Assembly (NCBI GenBank): GCA_964498095.1
Contig: CAZCFY010000002.1
Span: 74,298-138,297 of the forward strand
From: an uncultured Bdellovibrionales bacterium
GTDB lineage: Bacteria > Bdellovibrionota > Bdellovibrionia > Bdellovibrionales > SG-bin7
Reading direction: 5' to 3'
DNA length: 64,000 bases
The notes under the pieces are model-generated. The model made no database searches. It was not told the DNA's origin and saw only the letters and a list, made by a program, of their open reading frames with translations. Shown here one piece after another: positions 1 through 9,375 of the stretch. How positions within the stretch are numbered: position 1 is the stretch's first letter; every line of letters begins with the position of its first letter. Position numbers and translations under genes: made by a program.

Positions 1-1
1 C

Positions 2-1177
2 AAAAAAAATATTGGGGACGTGGATGTCGTCGTTTATTCCAGCGCCATTAGCGCCGAAAACGACGAAGTCCAAGAAGCTCGCCGCCGCAAAATCCCCATC
101 ATCTCAAGAGCCGAGGCTTTGGCCGAAATTATGCGCTTAAAACGGGGTATTGCGATCGCCGGCTCTCACGGAAAAACCACGACGACAAGTTTAGCTTCCT
201 CCATTTTCTTGGAAGCTAACCTGCAACCTACGATTGTGGTCGGTGGCAAGTTGGAACAAATTAAATCCACGGCACTTCTCGGGGAAGGCGAATGGATCGT
301 CGCCGAAGCAGATGAAAGTGACGGGAGCTTTACCAAACTTTCGCCGGAAATAGTTGTGATTACCAATATTGATAATGATCACCTCGATTATTTTGGTAGT
401 TTTGGCAACTTACAAAAGGCTTTTTTGGCTTTTGCCAATTTAATTCCTTTCTATGGGCGGGCCATTGTTTGTGGAGACGACCCTTTAGTGCGCGAACTGT
501 TTTCTGATTTTCGCAAACCTATAACCTTTTACGGAACCAAAGATACAAATGACTACGTTCTCTCGGGTAACCGCGGAACTTACGAGGTTTCAAAAGGCGG
601 CCGCCAAATAGGTTCGTTCACATGTCAGTTTCCGGGAAAGCATAATGCACTTAATTCTTTAGCTGCGGTTCTTGTCGCGCTTGAGGCTGGTGTGCCGTTT
701 GAACTAGCCCGGCGGGGAATCGAAAAATTTATTGGCGTCGAGCGGCGGTTTCAATTTAAAGGCAAGAAAGCCGAAGTTTCGGTGTTTGACGATTATGGAC
801 ATCATCCTACCGAAATTAAGGCCGTGCTTGAGGCCATGCGGGAGAAGTTTCCGCAAAAGCGACTTGTTGTTTGGTTTCAGCCGCATCGTTATTCGAGAAC
901 GCAACTTTGCTGGAGTCAGTTTCTAAATTGTTTCGAAAGTTCTGACGTACTATTGATTACCGACATCTACGCGGCTAGCGAAAAACCCATTGCTGGAATT
1001 ACCGCTGAGCAGCTTGTTAAGGAAGTAAAGCACTCAAGCTGCCAATATATGCCGACAAAAGATTACGCGTTAACCGCTAAAGATCTAAAAGGGATTTTAA
1101 AGCCCAATGATATTTTTCTGACCTTGGGTGCCGGTGACGGTTGGAAACTGGGCACAAAATTGCTAGAAACCCTATGA
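2..1177 (+). CDS. murC: UDP-N-acetylmuramate--L-alanine ligase MurC, 5' end cut off by window edge
   Basis: Frame stays open back to base 2 (KKNIGDVDVVVYSSAI...), so the codon at 20 is internal. Mur-ligase P-loop GSHGKTTTTS, DNDHLD and FDDYGHHPTE motifs. It precedes murB in dcw order. Confidence 0.93.
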   Translation, partial: KKNIGDVDVVVYSSAISAENDEVQEARRRKIPIISRAEALAEIMRLKRGIAIAGSHGKTTTTSLASSIFLEANLQPTIVVGGKLEQIKSTALLGEGEWIVAEADESDGSFTKLSPEIVVITNIDNDHLDYFGSFGNLQKAFLAFANLIPFYGRAIVCGDDPLVRELFSDFRKPITFYGTKDTNDYVLSGNRGTYEVSKGGRQIGSFTCQFPGKHNALNSLAAVLVALEAGVPFELARRGIEKFIGVERRFQFKGKKAEVSVFDDYGHHPTEIKAVLEAMREKFPQKRLVVWFQPHRYSRTQLCWSQFLNCFESSDVLLITDIYAASEKPIAGITAEQLVKEVKHSSCQYMPTKDYALTAKDLKGILKPNDIFLTLGAGDGWKLGTKLLETL

Positions 1178-2067
1178 TAAAATACTTAAGAGATTATAAT
1201 TTGGCGGCTCTGACTTCTTGGAAGGTTGGCGGCCCCGCCGAGTATTTTTATCAGCCAGAAAACTATAAGGATCTTGCCGATGCCGTTGCTTGGGCGGAAA
1301 AAAACCATCATGTACTGACGGTTCTTGGCGGTGGTTCTAACGTTTTGGTGAGTGATAAGGGGGTCAAGGGGCTGATCCTGCACTTGGGAAAACTAAATCA
1401 AATGACCGTCAAAGAAGAAGACGGAAAATTGAAAATTTCTGCGCAAGCGGGAGTGCAAAAGTCCGAGCTTGGCCGCGCATTTTTAAAGAAGAAATTAGCG
1501 CCCGCGGTTTTTTTGGCGGGCCTACCTGGAGACGTCGGTGGCGGAGTTGTTATGAACGCCGGAGTCGGTGATGCGATCACACCCAAAGAGTTCGTGGAGA
1601 TTACTGAGTGGGTTGAGATTTTTCGGCTGGACGAAAAAAAGTTCATTACGTTAAATGCTGACTACCTCACATGGTCTTACCGAAAATGCAATGGATGGCA
1701 GCCGGGGATTATCGTGCAGGCGGGCTTTCATTGGCCGCTTAAAGAAGTTCCTGACATCGTCGAAACTGTTTTTGCTGCTAACCGGTTGCGGATGAGTAAA
1801 CAACCGCTTAACTTGCCAAGCTGCGGTTCCGTTTTTAAAAATCCACAAGGGGATAAAGCGGGTAGGCTCATTGATTCCTGCGGACTCAAGGGGTTTCAGG
1901 TAGGGCAGGCGCAAGTTTCCCCAAAACACGCAAACTTTATTGTAAACTTAGGCGGAGCGACGGCCAGCGATATTGACCAAGTGATTAGGCACGTGCGGAA
2001 GACCGTCGCCGAAAAATCGAAAATTAACCTGGACGCGGAAGTAATTTATCTTGGCGATTGGACCTAA
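1174..2067 (+). CDS. murB: UDP-N-acetylenolpyruvoylglucosamine reductase MurB
   Basis: WKVGGPAEYFY and VLGGGSNVLV (FAD-binding domain), SCGSVFKNP and SPKHANFIVN motifs. Start moved from ORF-track 1141 to ATG 1174 (MIKYLRDY), which overlaps the murC stop as ATGA. Confidence 0.9.
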   Translation: MIKYLRDYNLAALTSWKVGGPAEYFYQPENYKDLADAVAWAEKNHHVLTVLGGGSNVLVSDKGVKGLILHLGKLNQMTVKEEDGKLKISAQAGVQKSELGRAFLKKKLAPAVFLAGLPGDVGGGVVMNAGVGDAITPKEFVEITEWVEIFRLDEKKFITLNADYLTWSYRKCNGWQPGIIVQAGFHWPLKEVPDIVETVFAANRLRMSKQPLNLPSCGSVFKNPQGDKAGRLIDSCGLKGFQVGQAQVSPKHANFIVNLGGATASDIDQVIRHVRKTVAEKSKINLDAEVIYLGDWT

Positions 2068-2136
2068 GTATAGCTTGGGTATAGACATCGACCCCATTTC
2101 ACTTTTAAATATCTTATAGGAATCACGGAGGATGAA

Positions 2137-2562
2137 ATGAAATTTGGATTGTTAGTTGCCATAGCTGCAACAGTTGGATTGTTTACCGCTTGCGAAACCG
2201 CCCCCAAAAATGATGCTAAAGGTGCTGCTGCGACGGCACCCGCCGCAAAGGCAGGCGCTAAGGCCGGAGCCAAAGCGGAACCGGCAAAAGCTGGCAAAAA
2301 ATTTGAGGACGAAGATATTAGTAAAACAAAACCGACGGCTAAAACCGAAGGTGTAGCGGCCGAAAAAATCACCTGTATTTCTGGTGGCGACACACGCACG
2401 TTGGAAATGTCTAGCGGGGACGGCAAAGTATGCCGCTTAAACTACACAAAAGCGGGAGAGACTAAAGAAGTCGCCTCGGCCGCCGCTGACCCCACGAAAT
2501 GTAACGAAGTTCGCGACCGCATAAAGGGCAACCTCGAGGGCGCTGGCTTTAAATGTGAATAA
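2137..2562 (+). CDS. small secreted lipoprotein with an Ala/Lys-rich tract and a 4-Cys C-terminal domain
   Basis: GGAGG lies 6 nt upstream of the ATG. Signal peptide with lipobox LFTAC. Low-complexity tract AKAGAKAGAKAEPAKAGKK. No family recognised. Confidence 0.6.
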   Translation: MKFGLLVAIAATVGLFTACETAPKNDAKGAAATAPAAKAGAKAGAKAEPAKAGKKFEDEDISKTKPTAKTEGVAAEKITCISGGDTRTLEMSSGDGKVCRLNYTKAGETKEVASAAADPTKCNEVRDRIKGNLEGAGFKCE

Positions 2563-3079
2563 AATTTGCGGCCAGATGAAAATCTGGTTTGTCCTTTTGC
2601 TTTTGGTGATTCACAGCCCAGTAGCTTAACTCGCCGGCCTTGGTTTGCAAAATGCAACTAAGGCCGATGTCCAAGTTCTTATTCGGTAAAGAAATTTCCT
2701 TTAGATTAATAAAGTAACTGCAGGTTAAAGAGTTTTTTTCCAAAATACTTTGGATTTTAAAATCCTTTACGCTAGATGCTTCGGCCATATCTTTGTGGTA
2801 ATCGGAAAATTGATAAAGATTCCAGTCCCCGCTGGGAGATGCATTGACCTCATAATAATTTTGCGCCATTTTCGGTTTTACGAAAGTTTCAAAGCAAGTT
2901 GTCTTCCACAAATCATCAAGACGTTTAGGTTTTGAATTCTTAGCGGGAACGTAGAGATTCTCCAAGTCACCGTGAACCACAAATGTGACTTCGATGCCGT
3001 GGTCCAGATGCTTAAGGTCACAATTCACGGAATATTTTTTGTTTTCGTTAAAGGGTTTAAGTTGAAACTCAAAATTCAT
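2549..3079 (-). CDS. hypothetical protein (176 aa)
   Basis: ORF-track 2549..3217 trimmed to the internal ATG (MNFEFQLKPF). The longer form would run across the ddl start and its N-terminus looks non-protein-like. It converges on and overlaps the preceding lipoprotein gene by 14 nt. No family recognised. Confidence 0.45.
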   Translation of the reverse strand: MNFEFQLKPFNENKKYSVNCDLKHLDHGIEVTFVVHGDLENLYVPAKNSKPKRLDDLWKTTCFETFVKPKMAQNYYEVNASPSGDWNLYQFSDYHKDMAEASSVKDFKIQSILEKNSLTCSYFINLKEISLPNKNLDIGLSCILQTKAGELSYWAVNHQKQKDKPDFHLAANFIHI

Positions 3080-3146
3080 TGACTGTTCCTTTCGTAGTTC
3101 AAGTTTAAGACTAGACGACTCTGAAGCGCGGAAGTATAATTTTTTT

Positions 3147-4076
3147 ATGAGCAAAGTAAAGAAAGTTGCGGTTTTAGTTGGCGGGATGGGCGCGGAGCGT
3201 GAGGTGAGTCTAAACACCGGAAAGGCCTTTGAAAAAGCATTAAAAGAGCTGCCCTATGAATACGTGGTTATTGATGCGCAGGCTGATTTACCACGGCGGC
3301 TCATGGACCTTAATCCAGATGTGGCGTTATTGGCACTTCACGGAAAATACGCAGAAGATGGGACTGTTCAGGGTATCTGTGAGTATTTAAAAATTCCCTA
3401 TAGCGGCTCGGGCGTTATGGGCTCCGCGGTAGCGCTACATAAGATTATGTGCAAACATCTTTTTGTGCAGCATAATTTGCCGACGGCCCCTTACGAATAT
3501 TTTGATTTACGAATGACGTCGGCGCAGCAAATTAAAATTAAGTTGGAATTGCCATTTGTTGTAAAACCGTCACGCGAAGGTTCGAGCGTGGGAATTTCTA
3601 TTTGCCATGAGAAAAGTGAAGTCATGCCCGCGTTAAAGTTAGCTGCCGAGTATGATTACATGATACTCGTCGAAAAATTTATTCCCGGAATGGAGCTCAC
3701 GGTTCCAATTTTTCGCAACAAGGCGATCACACCTATCGAAATCGTACCGAAAACTTCGTTTTACGATTACAAGCGCAAGTACACAAAGGGCGAAACCGAT
3801 TATTATTTACCGCCACGGCTTGATGCTAACGTAATTCAAGACAGCATTCGTATTGCAGAGCGGGCCTTTCAAGTTTTAGAGCTGAGAACTTATGCGCGGG
3901 TAGATTTTCGCGTCCGTGATAACGTTGAGCCCATGATTATGGAAGTCAATGCGCTACCAGGATGCACGGAAACCTCTCTTGTCCCAAAGTCCGCCGCTCA
4001 TGAAGGAATTAATTTTATAGAATTTATTAAAGAACTGGTGGAGTCAGCAACACTCGATTATGCGGACCTTAAGTAA
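3147..4076 (+). CDS. ddl: D-alanine--D-alanine ligase
   Basis: ATP-grasp Ddl motifs VLVGGMGAEREVSL, LHGKYAEDGTVQG, FVVKPSREGSSVG and MEVNALPG. Position upstream of ftsQ. Confidence 0.93.
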   Translation: MSKVKKVAVLVGGMGAEREVSLNTGKAFEKALKELPYEYVVIDAQADLPRRLMDLNPDVALLALHGKYAEDGTVQGICEYLKIPYSGSGVMGSAVALHKIMCKHLFVQHNLPTAPYEYFDLRMTSAQQIKIKLELPFVVKPSREGSSVGISICHEKSEVMPALKLAAEYDYMILVEKFIPGMELTVPIFRNKAITPIEIVPKTSFYDYKRKYTKGETDYYLPPRLDANVIQDSIRIAERAFQVLELRTYARVDFRVRDNVEPMIMEVNALPGCTETSLVPKSAAHEGINFIEFIKELVESATLDYADLK

Positions 4077-4797
4077 AAATCTTTTTTTAATTTCCGCGAC
4101 CCTTTTCCTCTTGTTCTTTACTTATTGGGGTTTCGATTCTTCTTTATTTTCCAATATCCGAATTAGCGTAAGTCCCCTCAAGGCACCGTTGGATAACGAA
4201 CAGTTTTCTGTAATTAAAAACGAAATTCTTGCGGACGTGAAATTCCTGAGTAAGGAATCCCTATGGGACATTGATATTTCTAAAATAGTCGGCGAAATTA
4301 AGCGTAAAGCATGGGTCGAAGACGTGCAGCTCACCCGACTTTTTCCGAACCGCTTGGAAATTGGTGTGGCGCTAAAAAAAGTTGACGTTGTCTACGTCGA
4401 CGATGCGGGAATTTGGATGCCGGTCGCCAATGACGGTAGTTTACTAAATAAAAGTTCTAAATCTTTAATTCCTGACGTGCCTTACTTGCGCGGGCGAAGA
4501 TTTTATGAAAATAAAGAACTGCGCAAACGCGCTATTGATTTTTTGGCGCTCATACCCAGCTCGGGAAACTTTACTTCGAGTATGGTTGCGGAAATTTACT
4601 TCGAACCTAAGACGGGATTTGAGGTCCTTCTGGGGAAAACAGGAACGCGGGTGATTTTTGGGCAAGATGCTCTGGATTTGAAACTCAAACGCGTTGGTAA
4701 AGTATTGGAATACTTGGAAGCTAAGGAAATTATCGGGCGCGTCATCGATGCCCGCTATGAGAAGAAAATCCTTGTCAGGATGCGTAAGCGGTCTTAG
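4060..4797 (+). CDS. ftsQ: cell division protein FtsQ
   Basis: Single N-terminal TM helix (LFLISATLFLLFFTYWGF) followed by a POTRA-like region. Conserved position between ddl and ftsA. Overlaps the ddl stop by 17 nt. Confidence 0.75.
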   Translation: MRTLSKNLFLISATLFLLFFTYWGFDSSLFSNIRISVSPLKAPLDNEQFSVIKNEILADVKFLSKESLWDIDISKIVGEIKRKAWVEDVQLTRLFPNRLEIGVALKKVDVVYVDDAGIWMPVANDGSLLNKSSKSLIPDVPYLRGRRFYENKELRKRAIDFLALIPSSGNFTSSMVAEIYFEPKTGFEVLLGKTGTRVIFGQDALDLKLKRVGKVLEYLEAKEIIGRVIDARYEKKILVRMRKRS

Positions 4798-4818
4798 GCT
4801 TTTAGTCAGGGAAACTCC

Positions 4819-4856
4819 CCTAAAGTTTGGTCAAGGGTGACTAAACCTAAAGTTTG
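4819..4856 (+). promoter_or_regulatory. 11-nt direct repeat (cctaaagtttg x2) in the ftsQ-ftsA spacer
   Basis: Identical 11-mers at 4819-4829 and 4846-4856, 27 nt apart, ending 10 nt before the ftsA ATG. Function unknown. Confidence 0.25.
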
Positions 4857-4865
4857 AGGGCAAGG

Positions 4866-6113
4866 ATGCATAAACCAACTCGCGAAAAGGTCGTTGCCGG
4901 CCTTGATATCGGTTCATCAAAAGTCGTTTTCTTAATCGGATTGCAAAATCATTCCGGCGGCGTTGACGTTGTGGGGTTTGGTTCCGTGCCTAGCCCGGGG
5001 CTGCGCCACGGGGTTTTGATCAATATCGAGCAAACGATCGAAGCCATCAAGAAAGCTAAAGAAGAAGCCGAGCTTATGGCGGGACACAAAACCGATGAAG
5101 TGTGGTTGGGAATCGGCGGTACGCATATAAAATCTTTTGATTCCAAGGGCATGGTCGCGATTAAAAATAAAGAGGTCGGCGCTGATGATATTCATCGCGT
5201 GATTGAAGCGGCAAAGGCCGTCGCGGTTCCAGCCGACCGCGAAGTTTTGCACGTTTTACCGCGGGAGTTTAAAGTCGACGAGCAAGAGGGAATTTCTGAC
5301 CCCATCGGCATGTCGGGAGTCCGTTTAGAAGCATTAATTCACATCGTTACGGGTGCAAATTCGGCCATTCAAAATGTTGTTAAGTGCACCCAAAAGGCGA
5401 ATCTGAAAATCCAGGGCTTAGTCCTACAAAGTTTGGCGTCATCGCTGGCCGTTTTAAGTGACGACGAAAAAAAATTAGGCGTCGCTTACGTGGATATCGG
5501 CGCGGGCACCACAGATTTAATTATTTATAGCCAAGGCAGCGTCGCTTATACATCGGTTCTTCCCGTGGGTGGGAGCTATTTTACCCATGACATTGCCGTG
5601 GGTTTACGTACGCCGCAAGATTGTGCCGAAGAAATCAAAAAGAAACATGGAACGGCATTACTTAATCTCATTAACGAAGAAGAGACGATCGAAGTTAAAT
5701 CCGTTGGCGGCCGCGAAAGCCGCACGGTTTTAAGAAAAAATCTTTGCGAAGTGATAGAGCCGCGCGCCGAAGAGATTTTAAATTTGATAAAAGCCGAAAT
5801 CACCAAGAGCGGACTACAATCACAGTTAGGCTCGGGCATGGTGTTAAGCGGTGGGGGCTGTTTGCTAGATGGATTAGTCGAAATGGGCGAATTTATTTTC
5901 GACATCCCGGTACGCCGCGGTCTACCGTCACAAGTGGGTGGATTAACGGATGTGGTTCGTTCACCGCTTTATAGCGCGCCCGTGGGCTTACTCAAATTTG
6001 GTTTAACAGATAGTAATCAAAATAAAGAAACAAGTAACAACGATAAAAAATTTCCAGAAATTGTCGTCGACTGGGCTAAAAAGCTAAGGGACGTCATTGC
6101 CCAAGGATTATAG
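4866..6113 (+). CDS. ftsA: cell division protein FtsA
   Basis: Actin-like ATPase motifs GLDIGSSKV, VDIGAGTTD and LSGGG. Start placed at ATG 4866 (GAGGG/AAGG upstream) rather than TTG 4854. Confidence 0.92.
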   Translation: MHKPTREKVVAGLDIGSSKVVFLIGLQNHSGGVDVVGFGSVPSPGLRHGVLINIEQTIEAIKKAKEEAELMAGHKTDEVWLGIGGTHIKSFDSKGMVAIKNKEVGADDIHRVIEAAKAVAVPADREVLHVLPREFKVDEQEGISDPIGMSGVRLEALIHIVTGANSAIQNVVKCTQKANLKIQGLVLQSLASSLAVLSDDEKKLGVAYVDIGAGTTDLIIYSQGSVAYTSVLPVGGSYFTHDIAVGLRTPQDCAEEIKKKHGTALLNLINEEETIEVKSVGGRESRTVLRKNLCEVIEPRAEEILNLIKAEITKSGLQSQLGSGMVLSGGGCLLDGLVEMGEFIFDIPVRRGLPSQVGGLTDVVRSPLYSAPVGLLKFGLTDSNQNKETSNNDKKFPEIVVDWAKKLRDVIAQGL

Positions 6114-6133
6114 GGCAAAAAAGGGGGACTTAA

Positions 6134-7540
6134 ATGTTTGAACTAGAAGAAAACATCAGCATCGGCGCCAATATAAAAGTCATAGGTATCGGTGGCGGCG
6201 GAAACAATGCCGTAGCAACGATGATCGAAGCCGGACTGGGCGGTGTGGAATTTATTGTGGGAAATACTGATTTGCAGGCTTTGCAAGCGCATCCTGCCGC
6301 CACAAAAATTCAATTAGGATCGGAATTAACAAAAGGTTTGGGCGCTGGCGCAAATCCAGAGATCGGTAAACGCGCGGCTATTGAATCCTACAATGATATC
6401 GTTGAGTCTCTCGAAGGCGCCGACATGGTGTTCGTGACTGCGGGAATGGGCGGTGGAACGGGAACTGGCGGTGCGCCGATCGTTGCTAAAATCGCCCGCG
6501 AATTAGGTGCGCTCACAATTGGCGTGGTTACAAGACCTTTTGTCTTCGAAGGAAAAAAACGTCAACGTCAAGCGGATGCAGGTATTGCCGAGTTACGCGA
6601 GAATGTGGATACGCTCATCGTAATTCCCAACCAAAAACTTCTTTCTATCTCCGCCGAAAAAACCCCGTTGATCGAAAGCTTCAAAAAAGCCGATGCGGTT
6701 TTACTGCAAGCGGTTAAAGGCATCTCTGACCTCATTAATGTGCGCGGACTTATCAATCTTGATTTCGCTGATATTAGAACTGTTATGCAGTCTAAAGGGA
6801 TGGCGATTATGGGTTGTGGCACTTCTGCCGGCGAGAATCGTGCTGTGGAAGCTGCGACGGCGGCAATTTCTTCTCCGCTTCTGGAAAACATCGCCATCGA
6901 CGGCGCTACGGGGATCATTATCAACGTTACCGGCCCAGAAAACTTGTCTCTTTGGGAGGTCAACGAAGCGTCGACACTTATTACAGAGGCTGCGCATGAA
7001 GATGCTGAAATCATTTTCGGTGCCGTTATTGATAAAGATATGGATCCAAGCGAGGTGCGCGTAACTGTTATCGCCACTGGATTTGGAACCAATGCAGTTA
7101 GCCAGGCGTCGATTCGCGAGCAACTGGCCCGGGCGCAACATATGGTGCAAAATCAAGGTTACAACTTCCAGGAAGTTGTCTTTAACGAAATGGAAATGAC
7201 ACGCCCGATGCAACCGCAGGCGCCGATGCCACAGCAACAAATGCCAAACCCGCTGGCGCAGATGCAACCACAGATGCAAAATCCTAATCAGCCGCCAAAA
7301 AAGGATGATGTCTTACCGCGCGATATTTTGCTAGCTAAAGCGAAAGCCTACCGCGATCAAACAGTCGCCCCTAAGAAATCTCAGCCAGAACAATTGTCAA
7401 TGGAAGTTAATTCCGCCGAGGGGCCAAATTCCTTTCAGGCAGATCCGGCCATGACTTTCGATAATTTTAATCTTGAAGTGCCGGCCTATTTGCGCCGCCG
7501 CCAGCACAACGATCAAGATATTGATTCTGGAAAGTCATGA
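6134..7540 (+). CDS. ftsZ: cell division GTPase FtsZ with a long Q/P/M-rich C-terminal linker
   Basis: [10 protein letters not shown], tubulin signature [13 protein letters not shown], and C-terminal conserved peptide [17 protein letters not shown] Shine-Dalgarno upstream. Confidence 0.97.
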   Translation: MFELEENISIGANIKVIGIGGGGNNAVATMIEAGLGGVEFIVGNTDLQALQAHPAATKIQLGSELTKGLGAGANPEIGKRAAIESYNDIVESLEGADMVFVTAGMGGGTGTGGAPIVAKIARELGALTIGVVTRPFVFEGKKRQRQADAGIAELRENVDTLIVIPNQKLLSISAEKTPLIESFKKADAVLLQAVKGISDLINVRGLINLDFADIRTVMQSKGMAIMGCGTSAGENRAVEAATAAISSPLLENIAIDGATGIIINVTGPENLSLWEVNEASTLITEAAHEDAEIIFGAVIDKDMDPSEVRVTVIATGFGTNAVSQASIREQLARAQHMVQNQGYNFQEVVFNEMEMTRPMQPQAPMPQQQMPNPLAQMQPQMQNPNQPPKKDDVLPRDILLAKAKAYRDQTVAPKKSQPEQLSMEVNSAEGPNSFQADPAMTFDNFNLEVPAYLRRRQHNDQDIDSGKS

Positions 7541-7547
7541 TTAGGAA

Positions 7548-8285
7548 ATGGTCGCGTATTTCGTCTCGGATATTCATCTTCGCTCTATCCAAGAAGTAAA
7601 CGCGCGGCTATTAGTGCGGTTTTTAAAATCGATGACCAAAAAAGATGGGGTGACCCATCTTTTTTTTGTCGGGGACATTTTTGATTTTTGGATATCTGAC
7701 CACAAATATTTTATTCAAAAATTTGAACCAATAATTAACGAAGTTCAAAGAATCATTGCCGAAGGGATTGCGGTCTATTACTTCGAGGGTAATCACGATT
7801 TGTATTTACGAAACTACTGGACCGACCGTTTGGGCGTAAAAGTTTACCGCGAGCACGAAGTATTTCAGTTAAATGGATTTAAAGTTCGGGTTGAGCACGG
7901 CGATTTGATCGATCCTGATGATAAGGGTTATTTATTTTTGCGAAAAATGTTACGTACTCCCGTTATGGAGTATGTTGCGCATAATTCTCCGGAAAAATTT
8001 ATCGCCGCACTTGGTGAAAAGGCTTCCAGAGCCAGCCGCTATTATACGACGAATGTGAAAACCCAACGGGTCGATGAAATCATCGAAAAAATTCACGAAT
8101 ACGCTCAGCAAAAAATCAAAGAAACCGAGTTTGATTTTATCATTTCCGGTCACGTCCATGTGCGCGATGAGTTTTCTTTTGTCTGGGGTGATAAGCGCAT
8201 TCAATCGGTAAATCTCGGTAGCTGGATGCACCATCCGAGCGCCTACCGCATCACCGAAAAAGGCGGCTCCTTTGTCGACATATAA
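7548..8285 (+). CDS. lpxH: UDP-2,3-diacylglucosamine hydrolase (LpxH-like metallophosphoesterase)
   Basis: Calcineurin-like motifs SDIHL, GDIFDFW, GNHD and SGHVH. The 245-aa length is typical of LpxH. Confidence 0.72.
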   Translation: MVAYFVSDIHLRSIQEVNARLLVRFLKSMTKKDGVTHLFFVGDIFDFWISDHKYFIQKFEPIINEVQRIIAEGIAVYYFEGNHDLYLRNYWTDRLGVKVYREHEVFQLNGFKVRVEHGDLIDPDDKGYLFLRKMLRTPVMEYVAHNSPEKFIAALGEKASRASRYYTTNVKTQRVDEIIEKIHEYAQQKIKETEFDFIISGHVHVRDEFSFVWGDKRIQSVNLGSWMHHPSAYRITEKGGSFVDI

Positions 8286-8844
8286 AAAGGTGCCCGACAC
8301 CAAATCAAGTCCATGGTGCGTTAAGGTATTGTTTTCTTTGGTGATGATAGCATCGCCGTTAGCCAATGCGTTTGATGCTTTTTATATCGGCGGCTTTCTG
8401 GGAGTTGCCAATACGGATCTTTCTGGTTTTGGAACAAAACCTACTTATGGTTTTCGTGGTGGTGCGCGCTTGGGCGATAAACTTACGACAGGACTTTATT
8501 ACCAAGTTTATTCTACCAAAGTGAGTGACGCTACCGGAAGCGCTGACATTTATATTGTTCCGTTACTCATAGAGCTCAATTTCCATTTATTAAAAGCTGC
8601 GGAAGGCCCGTTTTTTAGTTTAAAAATAGGTGGTATCAGGCATTCCGCCGAAAATATTACGGCGGGCTTTAATCCGGCCATTAACTCCGCGTCTGATTTT
8701 AGCATTGGTGTTGGCGGCGGATATAATCTAGAGCTTATCGAGAAAAACTCCGTCTATTTCCAAATTGATTCCTTCACCATTGATTCCCGACCCCACGGTT
8801 ATGGTTTTTTTAGCATAGTTGCCGGTTATACTCTGGAGCTCTGA
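8272..8844 (+). CDS. small outer-membrane beta-barrel protein (OmpW/opacity-type, tentative)
   Basis: Signal peptide ending PLANA/FD. Alternating hydrophobic beta-strand pattern with Gly/aromatic girdles (YYQVYSTKV, GGGYNLEL, FFSIVAGYTLEL). Start is uncertain. Confidence 0.5.
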   Translation: MSTYKKVPDTKSSPWCVKVLFSLVMIASPLANAFDAFYIGGFLGVANTDLSGFGTKPTYGFRGGARLGDKLTTGLYYQVYSTKVSDATGSADIYIVPLLIELNFHLLKAAEGPFFSLKIGGIRHSAENITAGFNPAINSASDFSIGVGGGYNLELIEKNSVYFQIDSFTIDSRPHGYGFFSIVAGYTLEL

Positions 8845-9332
8845 TGTCCTTTGTGCGCCGGGCCCGAGTCGAAGATGCCCGCCAAATTCACGATGCGCAT
8901 ATGCGCTCCATTCGCGAAGTATGTGCCAAAGATTATTCCACAGAAGAAGTTAGTGCTTGGGGCGGCCGAAACTACAATGAACAACATAGGAAGAACGCCA
9001 TCAAGAATCATTTAGTGTGGGTGGTAGAGGACTTTGGTGTCGTGAAGGGCTACGGTCATTTGGTTCCCGACGTAAAAACAAAAACCGCGAATTTGTGGGG
9101 GTTTTACTTAGTACCGGAGGTAATTGGCCGGGGACATGGACAGGAAATATTTTTATTAATGTTAGCGGAAGCTAACGTCATGGGAATGACAAAAATAGAA
9201 CTTGAGTCTTCAATTACGGCCTTAAGTTTTTATCGCCGCTTAGGATTTAGAGAAACCGGTCCGCAGAAGAAGGTACTGATCAATGGTGTGGGTATTCGGT
9301 GCTTTCCAATGGAATTACAATTAAAGAAGTAA
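8844..9332 (+). CDS. GNAT-family N-acetyltransferase
   Basis: Acetyl-CoA-binding segment VIGRGHGQEIF and FYRRLGF near the C-terminus. Start overlaps the upstream stop (TGATG). Confidence 0.75.
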   Translation: MSFVRRARVEDARQIHDAHMRSIREVCAKDYSTEEVSAWGGRNYNEQHRKNAIKNHLVWVVEDFGVVKGYGHLVPDVKTKTANLWGFYLVPEVIGRGHGQEIFLLMLAEANVMGMTKIELESSITALSFYRRLGFRETGPQKKVLINGVGIRCFPMELQLKK

Positions 9333-9375
9333 GATGGCGGTCGATTTTTAAAAAAAGGTCTTCGCCTGCACGGGC

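Noticed and set aside
2064-2426. 120-aa Ala-rich minus-strand ORF
   Set aside because: It is the mirror image of the Ala/Lys-rich tract of the plus-strand lipoprotein gene. That gene has a GGAGG Shine-Dalgarno, a signal peptide and a lipobox. The minus ORF has none of these.
6568-7279. Long antisense and off-frame ORFs inside ftsZ (6568..7092 -, 6701..7279 -, 6693..7064 +, 6814..6999 +)
   Set aside because: They lie entirely within the unmistakable ftsZ reading frame. Their products are low-complexity with no start context. They are typical shadow ORFs of a GC-skewed, highly expressed gene.
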